NCBI GenBank assembly: GCA_973895155.1
Contig: OZ316896.1
Location: 18,650,754-18,714,753 of the forward strand
Reading direction: 5' to 3'
Origin: Marsupella aquatica
Lineage: Eukaryota; Plantae; Marchantiophyta
Length of the DNA: 64,000 nt
The notes beneath the pieces were generated by a model. That model ran no database searches and had not been told where the DNA came from. It saw only the letters and a list, made by a program, of their open reading frames with translations. The position numbers and the translations under genes are program-made. Shown one piece after another: positions 1-13,490 of this stretch; the stretch's first letter is position 1, and each line of letters opens with the position of its first letter.

Positions 1-3000
1 GTGCAGTTACCGGGACCCCTCACTGCTGAAGCCAATTGTAGCAATGTGCTACAGTGTATGAACACCCAAGAGTAATTTCCTCCCCCATGTACTCCTGGCA
101 AGACATTTCTCTAATGCTGTGCCTCAAGAGAATGTGGACAAGGTTCTGATCATCTGATGTAGCTCAGAGATGAGCTTGCCCGCCAGGGCCTTGACAAGGT
201 TGCGGATTGAAGTCAATCCTAACCCCTTTGCTGTATTGGTAATGTCACTGCATTATGCCTCAACCTATAGCAAACCCCACAAGTGTTGTTTGGCCCAGAG
301 ATATTTTAAGATCATTAAGTTCCTTATCAGCTCTCAACCACACCGTCAGCAAGTATCATAAATAACTCAGGATAACCTAGTCACTCTTGCAATAAATTTT
401 GAGATCATTAAGTTCCTTATCATTCAGCTCCCAACCACAAAGTCAGCAAGTATCATAAAGAACCCAGTATAACGTGCTTAATTAGAGTGACTTTTGCAAT
501 GAGTGAGGTGGGGTTGATCCTAGTGTTGAATAATCTATCCTCCAGGAGAACCTTGAGCTGAGCGACCATTTGCTGGTGTGAGATGTCTTATTAGCCTACC
601 TCAAAAGCCCAGGAATTTTGACTAGTTCATGTCCCTCTCGATCCAAGGTCCAACTCAGTTGTTGAAATATTGGAGGCAGCCGATGCGGGATCAAAACAAT
701 GGCCCTGGGCTTGACCCAATTACAATGGAGGCCTCAAGCCTGACCATAGTTCTGAGAGATGTGTTGACATGCTTGAACGTTACCTAAGGACTGTAGATTA
801 GCTTGGGTCTAATGTTAGCATATATCCAATGCAGCAAGCGGAGTCTCTCTGCTTTTATACCCTCATGGAGACCCCCAGTTGTTCCATCCTGAAGGGCTTG
901 ATTTCCAGACACAATTCAGGGATCTCTACCATCAATCTACTTATATAATGGCAAAGCAAACCTACCATTCAGGCCCGTATTAGACCTAGAGTGAATCTTT
1001 GGAGGGTCTGTACCCCTCTTTTACAAATATGACCTTAACATGTTAAGGACACCTCCCCAGGTGATCTTTAACTTTTGGCCATAAGAGAAAACCTTACCCT
1101 GTGTCTGCAATTGGCACTTTCACAGAATTTTGAATCAATTTTTTTTAAAAACTTTTCTTACCATTAATGATAGGGCTACGACTAACCAGAAAATTCCAGC
1201 TTTGAGCCGCTCTATTAGAGTGTGCCAAAGTACTGCCACAAACATAATCTAATGGACATTCCAGCTTAAGACTCCCTATTAGAGTGCGTCAAAATACTGC
1301 CACAAGCATAATCTAATGGCTAATAATTTTTTGAAGTGTAATTCTTAGGGGCCATGTATTTAGGTGGCCTATAATGTTTTTTTTCCACCCCCCATAAAAC
1401 CACTTTAAGTCTTTAGATCTCACTTAGGGCCTTGTTTTGAAGCGCCTAGTGAAGAACATTGCTATTTTGGGGCATGGGAACATAATTTTCGTGATGGCGG
1501 TGGAGTTCGGCGAAAGTTCGCCACTAAAAAACCCACACCTCGACGGCACCCTTTGGCAATGCGTTTGGTCGTCGTTTGTGAAAAACCCACACGTTGGTGG
1601 GGCAGTGCTGGAGTGGCTCAGACAAATACACTGTACCCATAGATTCCATCACTGCAAAGCATTCTGGAATGTGGGACCTGCTGAGCTCTACCGGAGATGG
1701 GAGGCTTGAAAACACTAGCTACGAGTAGAGCCTCTGTGCAAGCGAAGATGAGCAAATTTCACCTGCTCAAAAGCTCACGTTATGTTCCTCCAGAGAAGAC
1801 CGTACCCAGTTGCTCGTGCTCCACACTGGCAATGCCACTGTTTAGGACGCCTGGTGGTACATGCACAATACAAAAGTGTGCAAAAAACTCTAATGTCAGG
1901 AGGGCAAAGTCTTTTCCAAAATTCGTACCTGGAAATATGCCTGGCTTCGTATACAAACTACAAATGAATGAAAATTTCTGATCACAGAATCTTCGACTGT
2001 AAGCTGCTGATTGCAAGGTCGATCAAACTGTCTCATGCACGTACAGCAATAGAGCTACCATACCTGACTGACAGTGCAGTTGAGTTACAGCACCGCAATG
2101 CTCAGTGGATAATGAGATTTACGTCAGCATGGATGCAGTGAGCTCACATCAATTCGAATTTTGATTTCAGTCATGAGAGCTGCAACATGACCGCTGCGAA
2201 GTTCACTGACAAGGACAATGCGAATTTTTTCTCACAAGCGTGTCCCGCGCGTCCACATGCAAAAGTCATATATTGAACAGAAATGAAACTCATCGAAATT
2301 TCCATAAAGTTGTGCAGAATTGCCGAAGTCCTTCGTAACCTCGAGGTTTTCTGTGAGAAACACAAAATCACCGGTAGCAGCTCTGCATTTCCGAGGACAC
2401 TTCCGGTTGCTTTAAGCCTGTGCAAATGCCTCTGGAATTTGAAAATTTCCGCTCAAGTATATGAACTCGAATTTAAGGAGCTGAGATTGATTACGGCCAT
2501 ACCTTCCAAAAAATGGCTCAGAGCCTTCCACGTTCACTAGAATGTCATTTGTTTCGTTTTCCAAGTGTTTCCTTTCCTTATCGTTTCATTTGCTGTCCTG
2601 AGTACGGAGGATCTACACTAGCAGCCTTTCGTTCTGAGAGACTGCCCACTCCAGGATTTCTGTCAATCCAAAATCGGATGAGTCAACACCTCTCCATTAA
2701 GTAGGGCACTACGTCCATCCTCAATGTGGCCAGCAATCTGACAGCTCCATGTTAAGTGCAGTAGCAGAAAGAGACGAGACACCGAGGCAGAAGTGTCCAG
2801 AGCTCAGGAGGCTAGGTAATCATGTTTCATATATAAAATGTTACCCACATGGCTGGAAAACTGAGTTTTCATCAGGGCCCCACGAGTTCATTTGATTCAT
2901 GTATTTGTTTCGGAGATTGTTCAGTACTCTCGTTTTGGAATGCTTGAACTCAGGTTGCTACTTGAAATATCGATGAGCCAAACTCGAGAATCCATCTCAT

Positions 3001-3608
3001 ATTGTGTCACATGTAGATGTCTCATATTGTACATGTAGATGCGGCTCGATCAAAGGCCGTAGATGTGTAGATCAAAGGCCTACTTTGGACATGAAGCGGC
3101 TCGATCAAAGGCCGTGTCAAATATTGCCACAACATCATTGCTGTGAGAACTCGCTCTGCTGGAATCCTTCATAATAAATGTATTAATTGTGCAAACAGTT
3201 TGTCCGAGGTATTCATATACACAGCACTACCGTAGATATATTAACCACTTCTGTAGTACCGGTATATCCTAATCCATTTCTCATGGTGCATCTTCAGCAG
3301 TTGGTTCCTGTTAAAATAAATGAAAAATATGAACCACGGCCTTTGATCGAGCCGCTTGGTCTTTGTGCCGTTTCCCCAACAACAGTTTGTTTGAACCAAA
3401 TCGAAGAGAACCGACATAATTATATCCTCTAACAAGGACATCTAAAGAAACTTGAGGGCCTGGCGTGACCAGAAATGGACCTCATATGCTTGTGGAACTG
3501 TAGAGGACGAGATAAGTGCTCCTTTTCAAATGAGAGGACTAAAGGTCAAGACATAGAAACAGCATCCGTTTAAACATGTATAACACTTGATGATACTTTG
3601 GACATGAA

Positions 3609-3834
3609 GGGCCTGTATCTCAGCAGTAGAGCATTGTGATGTACACAGGAGGTCCTAGAACTCAATTCCTAGCCAGTCTATACGTGTTGAAAGTTCCAAC
3701 ATGGTATCAGGGCCAAAGAATAGGAATTTCTCTTGCAGGGGAATCTCTCTTGAACGGAGGGTGATGGACATGGACCACACTCAACCGTGGTAGGGCACTA
3801 CGATATGGCCGGTCCATGCTGTCGAAAATTCCAA
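3609..3834 (+). mobile_element. tRNA-derived mini-element with LTR-end, PBS and short direct repeat (SINE/TRIM hybrid-like)
   Basis: 3609-3680 is tRNA-like (GGGCCTGTATCTCAGCAGTAGAGC...GAGGTCCTAGAACTCAATTCCTAG, with A-box-like and degenerate B-box). It is followed by TGTTGAAAGTTCCAACA (3685-3701) and then TGGTATCAGGGCC (iMet PBS-like). A related TGTCGAAAATTCCAA recurs at 3820-3834. Confidence 0.55.
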
Positions 3835-5676
3835 TTATCTGTGGGTGTTTTTGCTTTACTTTTTAATTTCATGAGTGACAAGCTTTCTGAGCAATTGAAA
3901 CGGAAGTAAACAGACATTTTATCAGCTTCTTGCTCCACGTTGGGAACAAACTAGAGTTGTAGCTGACACTCCATGTGAAGCGTGGGCTGGTGGTCCAACG
4001 GAGGTCCAGCCGGCGCCTGCGAGCTACCACCCTACTCCTTAATGTCCAACCAACACAACTTCTTGCTTTCCCAGTATTCTATTTCCTAGTTTATTGCACT
4101 GAATTCACGTACTGACAGTAGTTCAGCTTTGGCAAGATGAAGATCAATGACGTTCTGATTCACTCCTGATCAGAACGTTTTGCACGAAATTGAAGGCTCT
4201 TAATATGAGCTTGATCACTCTCTGGCCTAAAGAAAAAATCGCCCTTGGCTTTCAGATACGATCGGTTGTAAGTACTGACGGCTACATGCAAGCGTTTTGA
4301 AAGACACCTTTGGGTCCATTTCAGCCAGTCCATTTCAACCATTCACGTTGAAATTGTTCGTTGGTTAATTGTGATCAGACAACTTACTGAACTTTTCTCT
4401 ACTCTAGACAGCAATTTCCTACCTGACGGAGCACTGCCAGAGTACCTTACGAGAACATTGCATTGAACTTTCCAGCCAAGCGATATACTAAAAAGTAGGC
4501 ATAGTACTCGACCATTGCTTGATATCATTATCTTCCACAAAGTAAGTTTTCCCATTTCTCATATCTTTCCCGTAAGGCTAAGCAAAAAATGACAACAAAG
4601 GGCTGTCATAATGTCCAGTACAATAGGATTCTCTCGGTCTTTCCTTAGAAAACCAGATCTAAGGGTGAAAAGGAGTTCAGTGCTCGGATGGGAAAAGTGA
4701 GATGTTGGCGAAAACAAAGTTGTGTACCTTGACTGGTTTCCCAAGGGGGACAGTTATGTAGCAACAGAGTCCTTTCATTTCACCAGTTTGGTGCCAGAGA
4801 ATGTGGACATATTGTGAGCCTCCTGTGAGATTGCCTACGTTGTAGGTGGCCCTAAAATTGTGCGTCCTGATGCCAATATCTTCTGGATCAGAAAATACAC
4901 AAATTTGTCCGTTGAAAATTTCACTATGGAGGGTTTTCCCAAACAAAAGCATTTTGAGACAATATTCAATTTTGGTCCCCAAGAGAAAAATTTTGATATC
5001 TCCATTTCAACCTAGAAAAATCATGCAATTCCCAGAAATGCTCTACAGGTCTTACTAGTAGACAAATCTTCACTACAAGCCTCACCGTGTGAAAGGCGTT
5101 CCACAACAGAGAAAACAATCTTAATCTCCTCATCCACGACTTTGTTGACTTAGACTTGCAAGGTCAACGAGAGACAAGAATGAAGATTGTTCTCTTTACC
5201 AAGCGTGGAGATTCAGTCTAGGAAATATAGTCAGGTCTAGAAAACAATTTTAGACTAGGATCGCATGCTCTCCATGTGAGACATTGCCCAATGATATTCC
5301 AGTTATTTTCCAGACACCTCACAGATGACGAGATCTAGTGGTTCACTGAGGTGAGCGACAAGAGATAATGAAGCAGATGCTACGAAATTACTTGGACGAG
5401 ACTTCTACATCGGCTGCAACTCCTAATACGAGTGACACATCTGTCCAGTAGCAAGTAAATGTCCAAACGAATACCCCAAACCAACCTGACCAATTTTGAG
5501 GCAGCTGGTGGGTCTTCCATGGGTCGTTGTGGACCAGACAATGACACAAATATATTTGCAAGTGGCTCAATTTCTATCTACCATTGCTATAATTCATGGA
5601 GAAAACCTGTAAAACAGCCTGTTATGAGAGGCTATTATCAAGTGTTTTGGTTACCCTCCTAAGACCTGCTCCAGTG

Positions 5677-8600
5677 TCATCTCAAAGTTACCTTCAATTT
5701 GCTTTCGACCTCTTCCCTCACCTTAGTCTGCAAGTCAGTGCCAATCACAAGCAGTTCGAGATCAGCACAATGTCCAGACAGCTGACATAAGATAGAAAAC
5801 CTATCGCATCATAGGTCCTAAATGCACATCCAAGTAGCTCAGAAGCAACTGTGCAGACCAACAAATTTCACATATGACCATAAGAGAACGATTTTCACAC
5901 ACAGACGAACCTGATAATTATTGATCTCGTCGTCAGTAAGAGAACGCTCCATCGATCGATATGTGATCCGATAACAATGGCTAGTCTTTCCCTTCTTCGG
6001 ATTCGTAAATTCATCGATTAGTACCACCTGTTTGAGGACAAACTATTCAGGACAATGTTGTTCTAGCGGGCTTGTTCGCTTTTATTATGGGGAAGTTGGC
6101 TTAGGTTGGAAACTTCAAACTGCGCTGCAGGGAACTTGCACGCCTGGAATATGAAATTTCAAAAATCTCCCAATTGTAGACGCAAAGAACGATATACATA
6201 AAAAACAAACGTTCATGAGAAGTACCTCCTCCACAAGGTCCCCCGCCACACCTCGAACAAGTTCACATAAATTATTCTCGGAGAATATATCACTGATCCA
6301 GAAGCTGATGTCTTTGTAGCAGGGAGGAAACTGTCATCGAAATACACGGGAACATATTCAAAAGCTGAGAATGCACTCAAATTTCTTTTGGCATTAGCTC
6401 AAATGCTCAATACCATACGGAAACAAGCAATCACTAAGAGACTCCTCGAGAGAGTGATCGCCCTGACATTATATGTAGCAATCCTTAATCAACAGCTTGA
6501 AGTGCTGAGGACGATTCATCATGAGTTGAGAAGCTGCATGAGAAAACTGCGCCATGGAAGAAAGAGTGCTATCACCGTATCTCGCAGGATTCCCTAACCA
6601 CTCCTCAGAATGCCATTCCAGATTACTAAATAGAAGGGATTGCTCAGCTCCTGATTTGACCATGGAGGATGCAGCGGTCCCCAGTAATACGGTAAACAGG
6701 ATGATGTTATGGCAGTGTGCTGATACTAATATGTCATATATAAGATACCATGCGGAGAAGGACGACATACCTTGGAGAAAGATTTGAATTTGGTGCGAAG
6801 CTGTCCGGCTTTAAACTGTCATCATAATCACAAGCAGCACCGCCAATCACATCTTCATTTCGAAGACAACTATCGAAAAATGTTTAAGGTAAAACAGTGC
6901 TGAAGCCCAGAAACATTATCGACTGTTTGCAGCAAACCTTTGTCTGTTAACACTAAGCTGAATGAAACACTTGTCAGTGGGAAGTTGTAACTCAGGCAAC
7001 GTAGTAGATAATTATTTGCACCTGAGAAGTGAAACGATTATCATCAGACCAAAATAGGCGAATGTCAGGAATTTCGAAGAGAACCATGGCCAGTCGCTCT
7101 AATCCTAGCCCAAATGCCCATGCTTTTCTTCCACTGCAACCATTATCGTCTAGAATCGCCTGTTCGGTAACTCCGCATCCTAGGACCTCCAGCCATTTAT
7201 CCTGACACACCCATCAGACCACAGCAAGCTGATGACAAATGCACCTTTATTCATCAACGCTTTCAAACCAAGTTTGCATTACCGTTCATAGTCAGTCACA
7301 GAAGCGATCGCCACGATCAAATTATTACCTTCCATGCTTCACATTATATAGACCCACTTGCAGAACTTCTAGATGTGTTCGTTTGTGCAATTCTTTCAAT
7401 TCTTTCACCAACATTCTTCGAATGAACTACAATCCCCCTTAGATGACCCGAAAGAGACAAACCTGGTAAAAAATCTCGAGCTCATATGATGGGTCCGTGA
7501 AGGGAAAGTAAGTGTCAACCCATCTCATCTCAACCTTCCCTGATACAGAGCAGAATAATCATCAGCCCCCATGAAGGACCGTGTCACAGTGGAAAACAAA
7601 TAAGATCCTACATATGCAAAGCCACTATACCTGTTCTGAACCTGACAATAACTGAGGAGCGTACTCCAAATGACATAGCCAAATTTGTAAGATCTTGAAT
7701 GGAACTTCGGTACATCTTTCTGAGGTCATGCAGGCAGGGTCTCTACAGGAATGTGCGCCAATGTAAGAGCCCAATTACCGAAAAGACGCTCCGCAAGACC
7801 TTCTACTACCTCCTTTAAATCTTTAGCAGCAAATGATGTGCCATCCATGCCTGCTGCTTCCCAGTCAGATTGGTTGAAAACTCGAAAGCCTTCCATCTAG
7901 TCACATAAGCCTACAGATTAGCGAGAAAGAATACATTATTTGACGTTCAACATGCATTTAATTGTAACTTTTATGAGATATAAGCAAACGACCGAAGACT
8001 GTTGTGCATAAAAGCGAGCACAAAGAATCCGTTTACAACTGTGGACCAAATACCTGATGGAAGACTGGGTAGTGAGTGGCATCAATTGCATCCCTTCTGT
8101 AAACATCTCCTGTGACAAGAAAGTGAGTCTCCCCTTCGCGCAGTTTCTCAGCTTGATGGGCACTAGTATGACAACGCAAGACTGTGTCAGTGTTGATGTA
8201 GTAGGTGTCATTGTATCTTCGGCTGACGTGATCGACGGGCACCAGCACGTCATCAAAATTCTGCAATTAAACACACGAGACAGTTAAAAACCAAAATCAT
8301 GAAAGAGGCTGAGACGAAAGGACAATGGATTGACTAAAAGACAAGCTAGACTTCGGGACTTCCAATTCGCCTGTCAGAGGTAAAGGTTCGTCCAGCGACG
8401 ACAAAGACGCGCGAATGCAACACAAAGTTATGATATACAACAGACCGAACCAGCCAATTTCACTCTATCGTCATGTTCCTAAGTTCTCGCAGCAAGTGAC
8501 GAACAGCGACCAGAAGAAAAGGAAGAAAGAAGTGCGAAAGGCCAAGAACAAGATAGATAGTTGTGTACAGCTTTGACAGTGACGATAGGACTGAGATTGT

Positions 8601-9658
8601 CGAATGTCTTGAAGACACCTTGAAACCTTTCTTCAAAATAGTTGTGAATCTCGTTCTTAATAATTCCCAGGGGATGGTTTTCCCTGTTGTGTAACTGCAA
8701 CCCAAGCTTTGAAAATACAGAGTCGGGTACATTGTTTGTGGGATCATTCTCCTTCACCACTTCTGCATCAATCAATCAACCGTGGGTAGCATCGGGGGTC
8801 AGAGTAGCCTCTCCTAAGCCCCACAGCGACCGTCATTTATTGACAGAGTAAACCCATCCAAAGAGAAGCCTCCAGAATTCACATGAGACTTTAGGCATAA
8901 ATTGCTGCATTGAAGGTGAATTGTGAAAGTAAACAATGGAATGAACTGCTCGTGCTGAAGTTACTAAGAAAATGCACTAAAATTATTGTGCTAAACCTCT
9001 TCCTCTTTGTCAGGACAGGCCCCAAAACCCACACAATATCACAGCATAGTGACCCGTGTGATATTACAACAATGACTTAGAACTGGCAAAGGAAGGATCA
9101 ACAGCGGCACCAACCATCGCGAGTGATGGCAAGACCTCCACCAACTTGGACAGCTGGTGCAGCTGCAGACGCTGCCATTACAGAGCGTCGAGTTTTCGGC
9201 TTCTCAATTGGAGAATCGGCCACCATTGCCGCTGGTTGGCTGAAGAGACGGCGTCCCTGCATCTGCTTCTTGTCCAATCCCCATCCCCCACCCCACCCAT
9301 CTCTCTGCAGGACGGCGCTGCTCTTGAAGCCTCTCCTGCTCTGTTCCTGCAGCTGCTTGTGTCGGGAGATCGAAGCACAAAAACTGGACCCTGCTGAATA
9401 CTCGTGAGAGGAGGGAGAGGACGAAGGGGCACCAAGAATTGGCGAAAAACAACCCATCGCCATGGACGCTGGTGAAGTGGAGGGGGAGGAGGACACGGGT
9501 GGGGCTGCTAGAGACGACCAAGGCTGATGAAGGTGGCTTGCCAAGGCCATCGCTGCTGCTCGCCTGCTGGTGTTCAGCACCACCGGAGTCACAGTGGTAG
9601 CTGCCACCGGGCCCCAGAGCAGCAGGGATGAAGCTCTGCTGAGAGCGAACGGATTCAT
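5677..9658 (-). CDS. FARS2: Phenylalanine--tRNA ligase, organellar (chloroplast/mitochondrial, monomeric type)
   Basis: Ten GT-AG exons: 9658-9115, 8762-8569, 8260-8054, 7896-7779, 7539-7463, 7201-7022, 6815-6771, 6330-6226, 6027-5911, 5727-5677. Motifs include [73 protein letters not shown], and the FDX-ACB tail ([16 protein letters not shown]). The N-terminus is Ser/Ala-rich and transit-peptide-like; the start could be 9658 or a downstream ATG. Confidence 0.95.
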
Positions 9659-9917
9659 GAAAAGGTCGATCAGCTCAACTCAACAATGCGTTCCGGAAAT
9701 TGGGTTCGTGTAAAGTGCCTTCATCCACTCCCCAAAAATTGTGGTGGAGAATTTGGAGCCACTGACTTTCTTTTCGGGACGAATTCGAGACCAAAGACGC
9801 GGACAGAGAGAGGCAGAGGAGAGAGGGAGAAGGGAGAGGGCAGAGAGAGATCGACAATGAACACTATAATCACTGAGAGGTCATAAGTCCCGTAGCTGTG
9901 AGGTATAAGTTACCACC

Positions 9918-10310
9918 CTCTTAATTAATGCCCTTAGAGATTTTTCTTTTTGCAATTTTCAAGGCTTTATTGGCCACTCGAGGGGCATGGCTTACATCCC
10001 TTACATCCCATAACACCCTCCAGGCCATGGGTTGGGTTACTGTACACTTAATGCCCTTTGTGATTTTTCTCTTTCTAATTCACTTAATGCCCTTTGTGAT
10101 TTTTCTCTTTCTAATTTTCTCTGCATTGGACTTAATCACCTTTGTGATTTTTCTCTTTGTAATTTTCTGTACATTTATGGAGAAGAATGTAGAGTCAAGA
10201 TTTGGTTGGCTCATTCTTCTCATTTACTTTTAACAAATATAGTAAAAGAAAAAAAATATTAGTCACTTAATTGTATGAATGCCCTGTTACCATAGCATTA
10301 TGGGCAATAA
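9918..10310. repeat. Dispersed AT-rich non-coding repeat (MITE-like), with inverted partial copies at ~18840-18960, ~22375-22555 and ~26290-26530
   Basis: Segments such as CTTAATGCCCT..GATTTTTCTCTTTGTAATTTT..TTTATGGAGAAG.ATG..AGTC recur as reverse complements at the other sites. A 36-bp internal tandem duplication lies at ~10045-10165. Confidence 0.55.
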
Positions 10311-13300
10311 TAATCACTCAAAGCTGAAGCTGAAGTCCACACTTGCAAAATAGTACCTTACTATATTCAAGGAGGCTGTAGATTGGATGGATGACTAGTC
10401 TCCTTCACCACACTTCGGTCCCACCTCTTTCCATCTATCCATATGTAACTATATAATGGGGAATGAAAGCTACTCTTGAGAGCCTATGGTCCAGAGTGAA
10501 GACTCTCGAGGGTGATTTTGGGTCCCAAATGAGAACCTATTCTCTAGAATGAAGCCTCTAGACTGTGACTTTGGACGTAAATGAAGTTGGAGGTGGAAGG
10601 CAGGGATTGGAGGCAGAGTGAACTATTGGGAATGTGGCATTGGACTTGAATATCCTCACCTTTATTTTTGTTCAAAAAACAGGCACTCATGCTAGTAATC
10701 ACGATCAAAAGCTACTCTTCAAGGCCTAGGGTCTAGAGTGAATCCTCTAGACGGCACACTAGGAGCATGACTGAAATTGCAGGTGCAAGTGGAAAACTGG
10801 GATTGCGGTCAAGGTGAGTCTTTGAAATGGTGCAATGGGTTTGAACGTCTCATCTCTATTTATGTTCAATTAACAGGCACTCAAGCTAGTCCTACTAAAA
10901 AAAGGCGGAAATGTACAAATTTAGAAGCATCGCCACTGTAATTGCCATTTGCAACCTGCTATTAGGGTCAATAGTGAGGCGAGTAGCACAGACAGTCCGC
11001 TTCGGTGGAGAGCACCTTGACTCTATCCCTGTCCATGGTATGTTTTAGTGATTGACCTACACTTGACCGCGACTCATGCCAAAATTTCTGTAGCCATGGC
11101 CGTCCAGCTGTCTTGCGCTGACATGATCCACTCTATCCACACAATTTAGCATGAGTCAGCATGCTCCTGTATTGGTGGCCCAACATGCCAAACTTCAATG
11201 GCCCAAGTTTCATTTTGTTGCAGGCCAGTGAGGACCGAGAAAGGCACAAACATTAAAATCCTGGCTGTCTCGAACTTGTCTTGACCTGGCATTCCTCGTC
11301 ATAGGTATGCTCTGAGTACATTACCACTTTTTTCTACAATTAGTTGTGTAAAGTAAATTTGGTTAGCTTTGAATAATCCAACTGACAACATCCTGTTCAT
11401 TTTTGCTATTGGATCATCATCAGTGTCCTCAAATTACCTCAACATCCTCACTCACCCTCTATCAAGGGGGACAGGGGAGTGGGGCAGCCAACCAGGGAAC
11501 CAAGAGCAAAGTAAGAGACCCAATTCAACCCAATGTCGAGGGTTGGAAGGGTGTCGTGGTTACGGTAGGGGAGTGTTAGGATTAACTCTTAGTCTTGGGC
11601 TAACCTTGTTTAGTCTAATCAACATAAGGCTTAACAATGATTAGAGGCCTAGCATATAGAGGGGCAAGGGAGTGTTCCTCAATGAGACTCATGCTCATTT
11701 GTGGGGGAGCGAGCTTGAAGCTAGGTTAGTAATCTTGGAGCTTGTACATGGAGGCCTGGTGTGGCTACAGTGGCCAAAGCTCAGTAAAGCTCTTGTATTC
11801 CCTTGGATGTAGCCTTGACAAAGTTGGACCCCATATTTATGGTGCCGGTGTGATGTGTGTTTGCTGGTGTCTTGTGTATGTCTTTGCTAGAATTTTCAAA
11901 CTGTCTGGACATGGATGACCATGTGAGTAATTGTAGACTATATATTTTGAGAAAAAGGCACTGTGGTAACTTTTACTACGACCTCTCTAACATACTAAGC
12001 TTTTAAAATATCCATAAGTTTCTAAATCTAGACTATAATTTTACTGTTCATGACTTACTCTTTAGAATGAAGCCATAGGCCATAATTTTTCTAATAAGAA
12101 TATTTTTTCAATGTTTTGACTATGCTTGTGAGTAAGGACGGGCAGTGGGAGCCTGGGTATGAAGAGCCCTTCCTGTGCATTCACACTGGTGGTATCCAGG
12201 CCAGTTCTAAAAAACATGATATGCATTTTCCTACAGACTATGTATAATACATTATGCGATAGTCAAGGTAGCACCCGGGCATGACCAGGTGGGCCCCATA
12301 GACTTTCATTCAGTATATATATTTTTAGTTCAGTTTGCTCTTCTGTAGGTCGCAGTCACCACTTTCCATCGGTAGGATTTCTTCACTATCTATGGCCAGT
12401 AAAGCAAATTTATGGGCACACTCATGAACTAGTGTAACCTAAAAAATTGCATGCATTTAAAACAATTTTAAGCACCCAATGGGAAGAAGGTAGGTGCCCA
12501 AATAAAAATCCTTGGCCCTAGCATGTGAATAAGTGTAGACAAACTCTATTCCCCTCTTCTTCTTACTAATTTTCCAGTCACACTAATTCATCCAAGAAGA
12601 CTCATTAGATTCAATACTATTTGCAATTAACACTGCAATTCCATCCTGCCGGCTGTCATGGTCACTGTCACCACTTTAGGCATGAAAATTCTTGGTCCTC
12701 GCATGTATAACTTCTATTTCCCTCTTATTGGTACTAAACAGTTATTTGCAGTCACACTATATAAATGCTAGTACCCGGGCTAGCACTACACTTAACAATG
12801 TAGTTCTGGCCACCCTTTTGTCACTCGCAGTCATCATCACCACATAGTCATACATTCCTGGAAGAACACTACTAGGGCGTCTCAAAGTTGGGTTGTGGCT
12901 GAAAGTTGCGGCTTTGTAAGTCTGGTTATGGAACCTAGTTAAGGAATTTAAGCAATGGGGAAGGTAGCATTGACCCGCCCCAAAAGGAAAGGGGTTACGA
13001 CCTCACCTCAGTCTCATAGCATATATCCCTTTTCTTTCATTCTCAGTCAGCTGCCACCTCAAATGCAGCAGTCATCAGAGTCAGGGGCAAAGTCCATGTG
13101 CCGTCAATCACAACTTTCTAGATTTCTAGATACTGTGCCTAAAGATATAATTGAAAAGTTATGAAGGTTATTGGTTAACTGTGAGCATGCCTGACCTTTC
13201 CTTAAGGTAGCCAACGATTGACTCCCACAACTTTAACAGGAGTCTCAATAACTCAAGAGTTATGAAAGGACATAATTTAGATATGACCAGAGTATTGAGA

Positions 13301-13465
13301 CACTCTACACACAATAATTGATGTAAACAACCTAGAGAGGCATGACTTTGTGGTAACTCACTTGAGTAGAGACTTATAGGTCTCGGTTCAACTGTTAGTG
13401 CTAACTCTTCCCAACTATTGTGGCTGACTCTTCCCTTTCTGTGGGGTTTCACAGATTTCCCCTTA

Positions 13466-13490
13466 AATAATAATAATAATAATAATAATA
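13466..13490. repeat. (AAT)n microsatellite
   Basis: About 8 perfect AAT units. Confidence 0.9.

Noticed and set aside
1620-2700. Protein-like fragments on the minus strand
   Set aside because: Multiple stops, no recognisable family and no coherent exon structure.
2800-2820. Partial match to miR390 (AGCTCAGGAGG)
   Set aside because: Only 11 nt match, and there is no hairpin.
3609-3680. Functional tRNA gene
   Set aside because: The T-loop/B-box and acceptor stem are degenerate, and the sequence is embedded in a repeat-like structure.
4160-4555. Possible LINE remnant on the minus strand (GKLTLWKIMISS; WLKWTQRCLSK)
   Set aside because: Only faint motif resemblance by eye; it needs a profile search.
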